Below are positions 25,895-40,162 of a stretch of DNA of 64,000 bases, one piece after another. The notes beneath the pieces were generated by a model. It saw only the letters and a list, made by a program, of their open reading frames with translations, was not told where the DNA came from and ran no database searches. The position numbers were made by a program, and so were the translations under genes. The stretch is from Octopus vulgaris (taxonomy: Eukaryota). Each line of letters starts with the position of its first letter. Within the stretch, counting starts at the first letter, position 1. The DNA lies in the NCBI GenBank assembly GCA_951406725.2, contig OX597818.1, positions 102,238,001 to 102,302,000 of the forward strand, given 5' to 3'.

Positions 25895-26723
25895 CCCCCT
25901 CTCCCCCCTCCTCACCTATCCGTTCCCCCCGACCCCTACTTCTTCAGTCCTTCATCCTTTCACCCCTACTCCCCTTCCCTTCTTCCCTCTTTCTCCCTCC
26001 CTCTTCCCCTTCCCTCTGCTCCCTCACTCCCTCTCTCTCCTTCTCTCTCCCCCTCTCCCTCTTTCCTCCTTCATCCCCCTCCTCCCCCATCCTCTCCTCT
26101 TCCCCCCTCTCCTCCCCCTCTTCTTCCCCTCCCCTTCTCTCCCCCTCTTCCCCCTCCCCCTCTTATCCTCACTACACCACATGACTTTACACATCACATC
26201 ACATATGATGTGCCATACTAATACACACACCAACTAATACATACTAATACGTACTAATACATACTAGTACATACTAATACATACAACAACCCTATACATA
26301 CACACGTCCAGACCCCGTATACGCACTTATACTCTCTCATACACACATACACACACTTATACATACCAATACGTACTAATACATACTAATACATACTAAT
26401 ACATACACCAACCCCATACATACGCACGTCCAGACCAATCCTACGCACTAATACTCTCTCATACACACACACACACACACACACACCCTTATACATACTA
26501 ATACATACACCAACCCTATACATACACACATCCAGACCCCTCCTACGCACTATTAGCTGGTCCCTCAACCCTTTTATCAACCCTATTATCTCCCCTTATT
26601 TCGCTCTCGCGTCTCATGTTTGATCTTTGACCTCTGGCCGAAATCAGATCGCCATGTTGATTCGTTAGCTACTGCACGCATTTTTTTTCTCTCCTTCTTT
26701 CTGTGTTTTTCTCTCTCTGTGTA

Positions 26724-26761
26724 TCTTTCTGTTGAAGAGCGTAGGCTCGAAACGTTAAAGA
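26724..26761 (+). ncRNA. Minimal hammerhead with CUGUUGA (A6U) core
   Basis: TCTTT CTGTTGA A GAGC-GTAG-GCTC GAAA CG TT AAAGA. Perfect stems I and II; palindromic AACGTT stem III. Confidence 0.7.
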
Positions 26762-26859
26762 CTTGTTTTATTTATATTTCCTGAGCGCCATACTAATACA
26801 ATTGTTCGTTTGTTTTCCACCTGCCTTCGTCTTTTGTTTATTTTCATAAAGCTTCCCGT

Positions 26860-26891
<32 letters not shown>

Positions 26892-27067
26892 TTCCTGATC
26901 TGACTCTCATGTCTATATTCTTCTAACGCCTCGAGTTGGAATATCGTGAGCATTTCAAGTACGGTATATACATCTATACATTGGAAAAACATTTGCGTTT
27001 CCTTTTAAAAACATTTTTTCTCATTTAAATATAACCATATATATATATATATATATAAGCATCTATG

Positions 27068-27120
<53 letters not shown>

Positions 27121-27143
27121 ATATATCTGTTTGTGTGTGTATG

Positions 27144-27214
<71 letters not shown>

Positions 27215-28558
27215 TTACAAATAATTATATATATGTATGTATGTATTGGTCTTCGTAATTTTCCATGCGTTAACCAGGATGTTGATATCAGTGTTACTCT
27301 GTATTGAAAACTGTCCTAGTCAATGACCGCTTATTTGTGCGCTTCTGGGCTTTTGCTTAACAAATTTATACATCGTGAATGTTGTTGCTGTAAATTTTTC
27401 CTGTTAATTTCGGAAGATTAAATCATGGTTTTTAAAATAAAAAAGAGTGACTTAATAAATGCCATTCATAAATATAGAATATTTTTTATAAAAATCGGTA
27501 AAACATTTCTATATCCATCATACTGGAAAGCATCGCAAGTGATTTTGAGGATAAAAGCTGTAACGTTTACAATGTGCATTGTGGTGCATGATATCAATTT
27601 GAAATAAACGGGAAAAGAATATACTATTGCGGGAAAAATAAAAGATAAATAGTATGTGTAAAGCTACTCAGACGTTTATTTGTTAAAATAATGCAGTAGT
27701 AGAATAAATCAAATTGAAATCACATTAATCGAATATATGATAGTTCCAAAGTTTTACAGAAGAAAAAAATAATGAAAAATGATGATCAAAAGAGCTGAAA
27801 TTAAACATAGTTCCAAAATGTAATGCTCTGGAATAAATCGAAAGAAAGAAAATGCAACATTCAAAACATATTAACAAGATTTGATGGAAAAGAAAATGCA
27901 GTAAAGTAGAAAATTTATTATGGTAAAGAAATCAAAAGTCTAAATAAAATATAACAAATAATATTCATGTGAAGTTATTCTGAAGTATATTACTGGAATA
28001 ATTATACAGGTAATTTTTTTTTCATAAATATGTACAATATTGAATACGAAATTATAATTGATGTATATTACTATATAATAATTTAAAGAAAAGTAACTGA
28101 TATGCAATTACAATTGAATACGAATGGTATTTCAACGTACTTTGGTTCATAACTGGACACATGGAAAGTACTCCCGACTGCACAAACGATGCATATACGT
28201 AGCACACTGGAGCTGTCTTGATTATTGCTTGCACCAAGAATATTTGTGACGAGAATTACAATCAAATATGATTAAATGTTGTTAAGATGTTCAGCAACAT
28301 ACACCCGCTTCACAAACCACAACTTTCGGATGTGAAATATGAATATGGGATGAATAGGTCGGCAAAAATAGTATATGTCCACAAACTCACTCACATATCA
28401 TTTTTTTTCCATTTGTCACTCTTTCTCTCTCACTCTTTCTCTCTCTCTCTTTCTCTCACTCTCTCTCTCTCTCTCTCTCTCTCCCACTGTGTTGTTCTTT
28501 CGTGTTACCTGTAACGCTCGCCTGGGGAAAATATATGCCAATATTTAGAATATGTTAA

Positions 28559-29230
28559 AGCGGCGAGATTGCACAAACGTTAACGAGCAGCGCGAAATGC
28601 TTAGCGATATATCCTCTGTCTCTACGTTCTGAGTTCAAATTTCGGCGGGGTCGCCTTTGCCTTTCATTCTTTCGGGATGGATAAATTAAGTACCAGTTGC
28701 GTACTGGAATCGATTTAATCGACTGCCTCCTCTTCCCAAAAATTTTGAGCATTTTGCCTAGAGTAGAAATGAATATTTAGTATTTTTTTTTTCATTCGGT
28801 GAGCGGACAGAATCCTAAACATGCCGGGTAGAAATACATACCGCTTTTTGGTACTATGTCCTTCTTTGCGCTCTGAGTTCAAATTCCGACGTTGTAGACT
28901 TAAATTTTCTTTTATTTCAGTGTCGGTTAGTTGAGTATTGGGGGGTCGATGTAATCAACTTACCCTCCGACCGAAGTTACTGGTCATGTACCAAATTATG
29001 AAATCAACATTACACACATTCTAATGCGGCAAGCTGCCAACTTCGCTCGCACGCAGGGGAAAATGCTTAGTGATACTTCGTCCATCTTATATTCTGAGCT
29101 CAAATTCCACTGAGGGCGACTTTGCTGTACATTATTTCAGTCTCGATGACATAAGTACCTTTGAAACATGTGATCGATGTAATCGACTAACCCCTACCCA
29201 GAATTGCAGGCCTTCGCAAAGGTTGTAACC
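28559..29230 (+). mobile_element. Three head-to-tail family B SINEs (28559-28772, 28797-29008, 29026-29230)
   Basis: Each has CTGAGTTCAAATT, a (GCCTTTCAT..GATAAATTAAGTACC)-like core and TCGAT.TAATCGACT. Confidence 0.8.
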
Positions 29231-29382
29231 ATTATTACGCATAATTGACAGTAAAATTGTGATATGAAAACAAATGTTGTGCGAAGAAACATGTTTGTAT
29301 TCTAATGTAACTATATAGTAAAAGAATTTGACCCATGAAAAAAAATCTAAAATATTTTTTAAACAATATTTCTTAAACAATA

Positions 29383-29703
29383 GGCGTAGGAGTGGCTGTG
29401 TGGTGAGTAGCTTGTTTACCAACAACATGGTTCCGGGTTCAGTCCCACTGCGTGGCACCTTGGGTAAGTGTCTTCTACTAGAGCCTCGGGCCGACCAAAG
29501 CCTTGTGAGTGGATTTGGTAGACGGAAACTGAAAGAAGCCCGTCGTATATATATATATATATATGTATGTGTGTTTGTTTGTCTGTCTGTGTTTGTCCCC
29601 CTAGCATTGCTTGACAACCGATGCTGGTGTGTTTATGTCCCCGTCACTTAGCGGTTCGGTAAAAAGAGACCGATAGAATAAGTACTGGGCTTACAAAGAA
29701 TAA
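29383..29703 (+). mobile_element. SINE family A, 3'-shortened, low divergence
   Basis: GGCGTAGGAGTGGCTGTGTGG..GCGTGGCACCTTGGGTAAGTGTCTT. Confidence 0.9.
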
Positions 29704-30339
29704 TTCTTTAGCAAACACACGCACATACACACATACAAATATATAAGTATATCTTCCATTATTTCATGCATAGAAACTTGGAAACATTCTATAAGCTGTA
29801 TATATTTCCTTCACCCTAAAGTAGTGTAGCTACGTGTTCTATAGAGCGCCTAATTATACTGTGAAAGTACAAAATGAAGTAAAATTAATCAGCAGAAAAC
29901 ACGAAATCATGTTGTCACAGACTCAAGATGTCTGGCTACATAGATACGCTAGGATAAGTAAATTAGAATAATAAGCAACTGTGATATTTGCAGAGGAAAA
30001 TGTTCTTCTCTTCAACGAAAATACAATGGTAAAACCCAAATAATGATAAAATCCACTTATAAAGAAAAGCATAAATCTCATCAATAACGAATCAACTCAC
30101 CCAAGGAAATGAAAGAGAAACAAGTATAAAAGAAATATAGTACAAATTAGGAAATAGTTGTCTGAACACAAGATCTATGATTAGAATCATGAAAGGATTT
30201 TTATCAAAAGAGATTTTTTACTCTAAATAGTTTTCTGAAAAACTATAATATCGAGGAGCAATAGGTACGGTACCAATAACATCAGAGACAAAATAACTGG
30301 AAATTCCAAAAAGTAAATACATCAGTCGCTTCTATATAA

Positions 30340-30570
30340 CTCGGGTGCGTAAAATGCCCGAGGTCCTTGAACGAGTTCTCACCAGCGATCCTTGTCCCTC
30401 ATCATCATTGCTATGTCCTACGTCTCCCTGAGACCAGCGTCTTTTCCTAGGACATCAACATATGTTATCCCCGGTCTTCCTCTTCTAGTGTGTCAACGTA
30501 AGGGTTGCAAAAGTGTCGCTGAGTGCAGTTTCAACTCTGAATGGTTGTGAGAAGGTCCGGCTAACATCAT
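30340..30570 (-). pseudogene. Degenerate RTE-clade LINE C-terminal fragment
   Basis: Minus-strand translation TRRGRPGITYVDVLGKDAGL..AMMMRDKDRW*ELV, typical of an RTE C-terminus. Confidence 0.6.
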
Positions 30571-30725
30571 ACTATTACGTAATTACACTATAATACAAAT
30601 ACCTCTTGAATGTGACATGTCAAATACCTGAACACCCCCCCACACACACTACCTCGCGCTTGCATATTTCTGTAGATAAATGGATAGACAGACAGATATA
30701 TATAGATAAATACATAGATAGATAC

Positions 30726-30798
<73 letters not shown>

Positions 30799-31798
30799 TG
30801 TATACGTAGATGTACGTAAACATATATACATCGATATGTTTGTGTCGTGTGTGTGAATGTATAAGCGTATGCATTATAAAAAGAAAAAGCCTTTAGCCGT
30901 GTACATATAAATACGAGGCGTGTATGAAAACTGCTTATCCTCAAGCAAAAAAACATAGTACAAGGCTTCAAGGCTGAAAGGCCTTCAAGGCTCAAAACTT
31001 TCCACACATCTCTCGTTTGTGCTGATCGCTTTACACAAGCATGTTTCGATCTACAGAGAAGTACATCTATTCATTTATACGAGTATATTTCAAAGTTTAT
31101 CAGATGAAATGCATTTCCATTATTTAAGTTTTTTTATGTGAAAATCTAAAACGATGCGCAGGACAAGAGCAATACTATTAATTATATTACATATTTGCCA
31201 TAGTTAACTTATGGCCTCAAGACGACAATTGGAAAACAACAACACCTTTAGTGATGAAGTAATTGGGAATGAAATTTGATTGGTGATTACTATAACAATA
31301 TTGTGTAAAATTTATAAATTTATAGATTATTTAAGTAACGCGTGACTTGGAAACCTCCAATTTCTAATTAAAGAAGAGCATTAAGTTCGTATTACAATGG
31401 TTCGATGTCGTTCAATATTAATGACCTCACTAACACTTCTGACAGCGCTTCATCGAACTCCAAGAATATTCAGAAGAGACGGGATTCTTTTGTATTAACA
31501 ATACACACGAACAAATATATATGTGTGTGCGCGCGCGTACTTTCGTGTGTGTATGTATGCGTGTCTGTGTTAGTGTGTGTGTATGTGTGTTTATATTTGT
31601 TCATATTTGCTAATGTGTGAGAGTGCGTCTACTGGGGTTTCATGTTTATGGCCTCGTTCCCGATATTCCCATGCAATTTTTAGTTTTAGCACCATACATA
31701 TAACAGACACATACACATGCGCGTATACACACATATATATCCACATACATATACATAGATATATTATGTAAACATTTTCTATATACGCATATGAATTA

Positions 31799-31853
<55 letters not shown>

Positions 31854-32393
31854 CATATACATGTATATATCTAAATGTATATACATACATACGTACCATA
31901 GATGTGTATCGAACGATTCCTTTGATCATATATGTTTACTGGTGAATATGCATATATTACTTCTTTGAAAGCTTATAGATTTCACTAATTAAAGTAATTG
32001 AATGCCAAGCATAATATTTAATTACTGTTATGTTTGTTTTTTGTTATAATTATTTCTTTTATATTTTAGTAACATTTGCATCAAATGAACTTGAATTACA
32101 ATAAAAGCCAAATATACATGAAGCATCGTCAATTAATTTATATCCATTTTTTAATTAATATAGGTGACCGAAATAAACTCAAAGTTGCTTTCCTTTCTTC
32201 ATCAATTATTATGTGTGTATGTGTATATACGCTTATGTCTGTGCATGTATGCCATTCTTGTTATATGTCTTACCTTATATTCTTATTCATACTCTCTTTA
32301 TAGCTCGATTCTAGATGGTTTCTCCGTGTCTTCACCGATTCTCGAATAAACTTAAGTATGTATGAAATTATATGTGCGTGTGAGTGTGTATGC

Positions 32394-32437
<44 letters not shown>

Positions 32438-32465
32438 CTTACCTGTGTGTCTGAACATACATGAA

Positions 32466-32531
<66 letters not shown>

Positions 32532-32534
32532 TAT

Positions 32535-32730
32535 TGTTAGATCGCTAGCCACTACACTATCTTTATTTTCCCTCCTTGTTTCTTTTTGAGTTCTTATCTG
32601 TGGAAGAGCGTGAGCTCAAAACATTAAATACTTTTTCACTTCCCGAGGGTTATACTAATGTATCTGTTTGTTGTCTACACCACGTTTCTTCGTATGTTCT
32701 TTCTTGTTTTTCTTTCTGAATTCTCCCTAT
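32535..32730 (+). mobile_element. Short PLE terminus (same family as 26650-26840) with decayed HHR at 32593-32630
   Basis: GATCGCTAGCCACTACAC..CTGTGGA A GAGC-GTGA-GCTC AAAA CATT AAA..ATACTAAT; ends in (TA)n. Confidence 0.75.
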
Positions 32731-32743
32731 ATATATATATGTA

Positions 32744-32781
<38 letters not shown>

Positions 32782-32940
32782 TGAGAAAGTTGGTGTGTGA
32801 AAGGACGTGGTTGGATATATAGAAAATAGTAAAGAGTGAGAAAACTACAGAAGGCTTGTTTTATAAGATTAAAGAATATATTCGAGTCATTATGTTACAA
32901 GAATGTTATAAAACTTTTTCATACAGTAACATAGGTTTTG

Positions 32941-32979
32941 AAGAAATTACCGGTTTCGTGTTAACTTTTCAAATTTCTC
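32941..32979 (-). ncRNA. Minimal hammerhead with U3-A8 core
   Basis: GAGAAAT TTGAAAA GT-TAAC-AC GAAA CCGG TA ATTTCTT. Confidence 0.7.
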
Positions 32980-33137
32980 AAATATCTTTATCTACATCGT
33001 GTTATGTCTTTGTTATGAAGTGCAAAGTAGAGTTCCAGGTAGGGGGAGGTAATAAGCCATGTCTTCCAGTATAAGGGAGATAATCGCTTTATATTTCTTT
33101 TCCCTTTATTTCATACAGTTTCTCTGTATAAGAATGT

Positions 33138-34665
33138 TAGAGTGATTAAGTTTGGGCTTATATTTTTCAATGAAGAATGTTTACTCGTTTAATCTAATTT
33201 GTGTTGGTGTTCCAATAGCACATTCATAGAATGGAAAGATTAAAAATTGTGGTAGTAGTTGCTTTGCACATTTCTCAATATGATCACTAAAGGGCATCAT
33301 TCCGTATTCTGGGAATGTAATCTGTTGTCGATGCAGAGTGCATTTACGTCTGAGTGATAGTCCCGTGGACCCCACGTGGTTTTGGTGGCAGCCAGAGCAC
33401 CTTATGACATAAATTAGGTTTTCAGAAGCACAAGTAAAATTAGATCTGATCTTGAATTTTCGTCCGTCTTTGAAAAGGAATTCTGATCCTTCTAGAAGGT
33501 TTGGACATGTTGCGCAGTTTGGTCTACCACATTTTTTAACTTTTGCATCCGTAATTTCAGAAAACAATTTTGCCTTTGTGAGAATCTTTTTAAGTGATTT
33601 AGGTTGTTTGTAGCTTTTAATGATTTTATGTATGTTTAGAATTTCCTTTAATTTGGGGTCCTTATGGAGTATTCGCAAATTCTGGGTGATGATGGTGAAG
33701 GCTTCTTTGTTTCTGGGGTTGTATGTGGAGATGTAAGGCAGTATTTTCGGGGAAGGTGTGTTGTTGTTTTGAACCTTTCTCAAAGTTTCTATGTCGATTT
33801 CTGTTGCACGTCTGATCTCATCCTTTATGAGTTGAGCTGGGTAGTGTCTGTCAATTAGGGAGTTTTTGAGTTCTTGTAGTCTAAAGTTCCTGGTATTTTG
33901 TTCTGACACTATTGTGCATATTCTTCTTGCAAGGTTGAAAGGGATGTTTGTTTTAGTGTGTCTTGGGTGGCATGAATCAAAAAGTAGGTGTTGTTTAGCG
34001 TCTGTGGCTTTGTAAAAAAATGTCTGTTTCTATTTTAAGGTTAATTTTTTTAATTAGTCTATCTAAGAATGGAAGCTCCTTTTGGTTGTATTCCATTGTG
34101 AACTGTATATTTGGGTTGATGCTGTTCAATAGGTTTTTCAATTTTAGGAGTTTATCTGTTTTCATTCCAGAGTATAAAACAATCGTCCAGGAATCTTTTC
34201 CAATTCTCTTTTATGTATTGAGAGAGGGGGTTTCCAAAGGTCGATAAAGATTCCTGGTATACAATTATTTCTAGGTAGCCCATCGTTAGGTTCGCAATGA
34301 CTGGTGCTGCCCCTGTACCCATAGCAATTCCGGATTTTTGACGGTAAAATGTATTGTCAAACATGAAGTGGTTGTTATGTAGGATGAATTCAACCGATTT
34401 AGTAATGAATTCTTTACTGATCCTTTTTGGTATTTCTTCCGGAAATTGGTCCAGCCAGAACTGTATTGCCTCTAGTCCATAATTATGAGGTATACTGGTA
34501 TATAAATAAACTACATCAAATGGAACCATGATTGTTTCTTCCTTGACTTTTTTGGGTAGGTGGTTTAACATATCCAAGTCATCTCTGATATGACTATCGA
34601 TATGTTTAAGGAAGGGTTTCAGGAGGATGTCCATAAAAAGACTTAATCTGTGTGTTTCACAGGTG
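33138..34665 (-). pseudogene. PLE RT core + GIY-YIG, frameshifted
   Basis: FDVVYLYTSIP; YRQKSGIAMGTGAAPVIANLTMG; WKRFLDDCFILW; CGRPNCATC; LIYVIRCSGC..HVGSTG. Frameshifts near 34150 and 34020; stop at 33181. Confidence 0.9.
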
Positions 34666-34670
34666 TGTGC

Positions 34671-34721
<51 letters not shown>

Positions 34722-36060
34722 CACGTGCACACACAAAAAAAGGGATAGAGTAGACGATTATAGATAATAAGAATAAAATCACATTTAATGTAGCGTAAAA
34801 GTTGCTAAACTCACTTCTCAAATTGTTGATGGGTACCATGTTAAAACTATGGAATTATGATTCATAACCGATATGAACTTTATTACAGTCAAGTAGCGGG
34901 GTTTTACGTACAGATTCCGAATTACCCGTCACGCAGTGCAGTGACAGACGTTTTGAAGGCATTTTCTATTACTTAAATATTTTCCTTCGTACCCTGTCTT
35001 TTAGGCAGGGATCTTACAATCTTGGTCTTGAGTTATACAAGGAATGATTAGCAGTGTTTTGCAGCATAAATCCAGGTAGTATGGACCTTTATACTTTAGA
35101 ATGACTGAGATGTTAACATGTTTTCGATCTGTTAACATCTCTGAAAACCGCTGCTCAAGTACCTTTTGCACATTTTGGTACCGGATATAGCGGAAATATC
35201 AGAGGGATATCCACAAAATTTGTTTGTGCAATGCAGATGATTTGAAAATTGTATTCCAATTGTCCACAAAATTCAAAAGAACGTTTGTTAAATTAGCTAT
35301 TTATATATACAACTCAGTATGATATGCGTTAAACACTTATAAAATATAATCGTAACATGCAAGCGGTTATATAACCGATAGTTTATGGACGATAATCTTG
35401 CAGGTCGCCAAGACACACGCATGATGCAGAAGCATAAACTAAATATATCCCATGAATATAATTGATTACATCGTGAAGTCACATATTTTTTCAATTAAGC
35501 TGCGTCATGTAAAGTTAAATCAAAAGATAATTAGGGCAAATAACCAATATAATTAATAATATTTGTCATGTCGATGGGCGTGTTATTAAATATGCAAATA
35601 AAAACTAGATTATTTTAGAAAATTTGAAATGAAGTTTTAATTTAACAAACCTAAATACATTCCTCTATATAGCCATTGATATATATACTTATTTAAGAGT
35701 GTACATTAATTCATTTATACGTGTGTGTATAATTGCCCAGATGAGTAACGTATGTGCAAACATATTATACAAAAAGCACAATTTAATTATTGTTTGGACG
35801 AATTTGATTAAATTAATAATCAATGCAAGTTTAAACGTAATTCAAGTGTTGTAATATCTTTAACAGAATGTGTATGTATAGGCAAAGCCGTATTCAATGT
35901 TCGAAATGGAATAAGCAATAAGCGTATTTCACCATCGTCGGCACTATTCAACATATAAATTTAAAATTTTCCTTACACACACACGCTCACACAGACAAAC
36001 ACAGATACACACTGACACAAACGCACACATATACACTGGCGCATACACACAATCACACAC

Positions 36061-36135
<75 letters not shown>

Positions 36136-36847
36136 ATTGCATTAACGTGAATATGTAGCTTGACTGATCATACGTAAAGTATTAAATATATCATCACTAT
36201 AAAATAAAGAGGCTCCGCAATGATGTGACGAAGAGTTACAAGCATAAATATACCTGGAATGCATTGTGATATTCACAACTCTTTGATACTTGGATTCAGT
36301 TACTCTGCAACTTTCATTGCTATATTATGCAATAATTGTTATATTGTGCAAAAGCGTAAAGTCGGTCAATGAGATCAAAATGCACAATTTTCCATTCAGT
36401 CTCTTAGTTATCAAAGAATGATGAAGATTTGATATATAATATACCTTTATATTGTTTCCAGGATTGCTTTCAATGCCTTTTGCAAAACTTTAACCACGCT
36501 TCCATGTAAAAAAAATTCAGATGCGAGGGGAGCCAAACAACTAAATCCTACTACTATCGAAATATAGGAGAATTTACGTAATAAAATATTTCATTCTATG
36601 TATAAATACTTATTTTCACTGAAATTACATCCTGACATGCGTGGCTTATATTTGACGATATGGAGGAAGGTATACCTTAATCACGAATGATTTCATCATA
36701 TTAAATATCCCTATAAATGGATTATATTCCTCCTGTCTAATTATGCAGCCTTAGCCTCTAATGTCGTTAATTGTAAACACAACGGATTTCTACCGACATC
36801 TAATGTTAGCAAAACGTCTACAAAATGCAACCATATATATAAATATA

Positions 36848-36886
<39 letters not shown>

Positions 36887-37466
36887 TGTACATAAACGCA
36901 TATATGTGTGTGTGTGTATGTGTGCGCGTGTGTGTGCGTGTGTGTGTATGTGTGTGTCTGTTTGTGCTTGTGTGTGTGTATGCTTCCAGTAAAAAAGGGG
37001 AGAGAGAGAGAGAGAGGGAGTACTGTAACATCAGACTAGATAGAAATGTAATTATCATCCTTTCACCTTCCGCTGGGAAATTAGCAGAATTGACGCAATA
37101 TATTCCTGGTGATTATTTGCATCTTAAGGTACCAATACCATGTAAAATTTGCACTCTACATTATCCTTCTTGTTTATGAGAGACGATTATTTGCCGGAAT
37201 CCTTTCAAATATATTGAAATCCCTGTATTCTGTAAGTGGTTGTAAAGGGATTTCTTAACTGGATTTTGTGGTGTAGAATTTTCCTTCCCAGCCTCATGAT
37301 TCTCAATTGAATCATGTAGAGGGGCAACTGGGTACGTGTTTCCTTGTATATCGGATGGCGAACTAAAGTCGTGTGAGTATATTTTGGGATGGAAAATGAA
37401 CGAAGTCCGATGTATGTGAGTGCATGTATGAAATATATTGATACGTATCTATATATGTTTGCGTAT

Positions 37467-38217
37467 ATGTATGTATTTAAAGATTTGAACTTACCGAAAT
37501 CTTTGCCTTGGACCGAACCAACGAGAGTGCTACGAAGTTTTTTTCTTTATTTGGAGATTCTCTCGATCTCAGGATTTAACTATATGTATTGGCGTTTTTC
37601 TCTTTATGTTTGTCCCGTCCCTGCGTAACAAATGGTGGTGGTTTGTTTACATCCCAGTATGTGCGTATTTAAAGATTTGAACTTACCGAAATCTGTGTGC
37701 CTTGGACCGGACCAGCGAGAGTGCTATGAAGTTTTTTCTTATTGAGATTCTCTCGATCTCAGGATTTAACTATATGTATTGGTGTCTTTCTATTTATGTT
37801 TGTCCTACCCCTGCGTAACAAATGGTGTTGGGTTTTTTTACAACCCAGTAACGTAGTGGTTTGCAATAAGAGACTCATAGCGTCAAGCTAAAAACAATAG
37901 TACTAATTTCGATTTCTTTGACTATACCGGTACATCCCAGTATGTGTGTATTTACAGATTTGAACTTACCGAAATCTGTGTGCCTTGGACCGAACCAACG
38001 AGAGTGCTATGAAGTTTTTTTCTTTTTTTTTGAGATTCTCTCGATCTCAGGATTTAACTATATGTATTGGCGTCTTTCTATTTATGTTTGTCCCACCCCT
38101 GCGTAACAGATGGTGTTGGTTGTTTTTACAACCCAGTAACGTAGTGGTTTACAATAAGAGACTCATAGTGTCAAGCTAAAAACAATAGTACTAATTTCGA
38201 TTTCTTTGACTATACCG
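37467..38217 (+). repeat. Local tandem triplication (units about 190, 280 and 280 bp) including a decayed SINE A tail
   Basis: GATTTGAACTTACCGAAATC..GAGATTCTCTCGATCTCAGGATTTAACTATATGTATTGG occurs three times. Confidence 0.9.
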
Positions 38218-38739
38218 TTCATGACAGTACCCTAGAATGTTTGCTTAAGTAAAATATAAAATGTATTACAAAATTAAAATATACAGCAAGAATTCACCCG
38301 CTATATATTTTTTGATAGCAGATTAATGGTTTTCAATTTGTCACGAAAATTGTATGTCTACCAGTTACATTATTGTCACGTATTCCTTAGTTTATTTCAC
38401 TTTCAGCATACAACATATATTACGTTCCCGTTCGATTAAGTTATCGCATTATACCATTCACATACTAAAGATCGTGAAAGGTATGTGTTCATAGAAATAG
38501 CTTAAATATTATTCTTAAGTGATGCAGATTTCTTCCCATCTTACATGTATTTACAGAGAACTGTGCTTCAAATCAACATAAGTACTCACCAACACTCTAC
38601 CTCACGTATCTAGAATTATCGTTTTATGAATTTATTATCCAAATTTCACTACGCATAAAATTTATATAAAGCGTATTTTAATTCCATATTCACTTAAATT
38701 TCCAATTTTCTATAATCCATGATGCATTTCGTAAACAAA

Positions 38740-38960
38740 GGGTCGGACTCGGGATCATGATGTAGTGAGTTTGATTCCCAGACGCGGAGATGTCTGTTGT
38801 GTTCTCGAGCAAAACACTCTATTTTACGTTGCTCCAGTTCTATCAGCTACAAAAAAGAGTTGCGACGTCACTGGTACCAAGCAGTATTAATCATGGCCCT
38901 TCCCTTGGATAACATCGCTGTCATGAGGAGATTTGGCTGTCATGTATGACCGGACTTCTA
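38740..38960 (+). mobile_element. Degenerate family C-related SINE
   Basis: GAGTTTGATTCCCAGAC..GTGTTCTCGAGCAAAACACT..ACGTTGCTCCAG matches 46085-46155. Confidence 0.55.
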
Positions 38961-39973
38961 CCTCGAATATGAAGTTTCATGGTGCAAGTTCATGGAAATT
39001 AAAGCGTTGGATGACCGTAGACACTGCTAAGTTTTCCCGCCCTTTCAGATAACTTGCAGAGAACATTTGTATAGTGTTTTTGAACAATATTTTTCGCTCG
39101 AAAATTTCTCTCGCTATCAAGCAGACTTGATATGCCTGCCGGTTTAGTGGCCGACGGCCCAGCCATGTGACAGCTTGTTGCATGTTACAGGTAGCACTAA
39201 CAAATAGAATAAATAGACACATCAACGAATTCACACGTATGTTTGTATTAACGTAAGTATAAAGAATTCTCAAAAGAACCAACTAATCTTCAGTCTATAA
39301 TTTTTCTCATAATCTCTATAGTTGAATTCGTCTTGAGGCAAATGATCTGAGATTACAATCATACAAAATTATTCAGTACACCAATAGAGGTTTATCTTTC
39401 TAGGAAGGACTAAGCACATGTTCGTGTTCTCATAATTCCTAATAATCTGCTTGTAAGACATTTACACAGTAGGAGAATAGCGTTACCAAACACTGTCTAC
39501 TTCTCTACGCAAAGACAACTGGTTATTATTTTACCCTTGGGAGTAAAGGCTTTTACATATGTGTTCCGACTGTACAGAAATCAAGGAATGTATTGACTTG
39601 ATATGACCTCTTTTAAAACTGTGAATTCTTGTATCATAATAGTAATGTATAATGTTCTAAGGAGAACTGGTGTTTGCTATGTTTCTACTCTCAAAATATT
39701 ATACTCAGATAATTTTACATTCTTATAGTTTGGATTAACACACTTATGGACAAGTATGTGCATTGATGTACTTTGGTGTGAATAATATGTACCAGAGCAT
39801 ATACATACCCTGCCTTATGATTCTGTATCATCATTCAATAAAAGTTATTAGCCATCTCATCTTGCGTTTACAGAGTTCTTTTACTTTCTCAGGGAACAAC
39901 CACGTTACAGTAAAATATCGTTCATAGCATGAAATGTCTGGTCGCTCACGTGCATCACGCATATGTAAGTATG

Positions 39974-40034
<61 letters not shown>

Positions 40035-40074
40035 GTATTTTTTTTTCTATGTAATATACATATATATATATGTA

Positions 40075-40162
<88 letters not shown>

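Larger units (their letters stand above)
25059..26840 (+). mobile_element. 5'-truncated Penelope-like element (second Neptune-type family) with long C/T- and CA-rich 3' UTR and HHR terminus
   Basis: Coding remnant, then low-complexity UTR, HHR motif and (TA)n at 26840. Confidence 0.85.
32779..34665 (-). mobile_element. 5'-truncated Penelope-like element, same family as 6046-7571, between (TA)n tracts
   Basis: Protein closely similar to 6322-7254; pLTR with the same U3-A8 HHR at 32941-32979 and the same terminal tail. Confidence 0.9.

Noticed and set aside
24657-26237. 526-aa ORF as a host gene
   Set aside because: Chance fusion of antisense SINE A, spacer, a PLE fragment and a C/T-rich UTR; non-ATG start. 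Only 25059-25894 is protein-like.
35480-35620. Enhancer suggested by octamer ATGCAAAT and TAAT clusters (also near 50625 and 55640)
   Set aside because: Such motifs are expected by chance in AT-rich DNA; conservation or chromatin data would be needed.
37467-38217. CRISPR-like array
   Set aside because: Long tandem units with no unique spacers, no cas genes, eukaryotic context.
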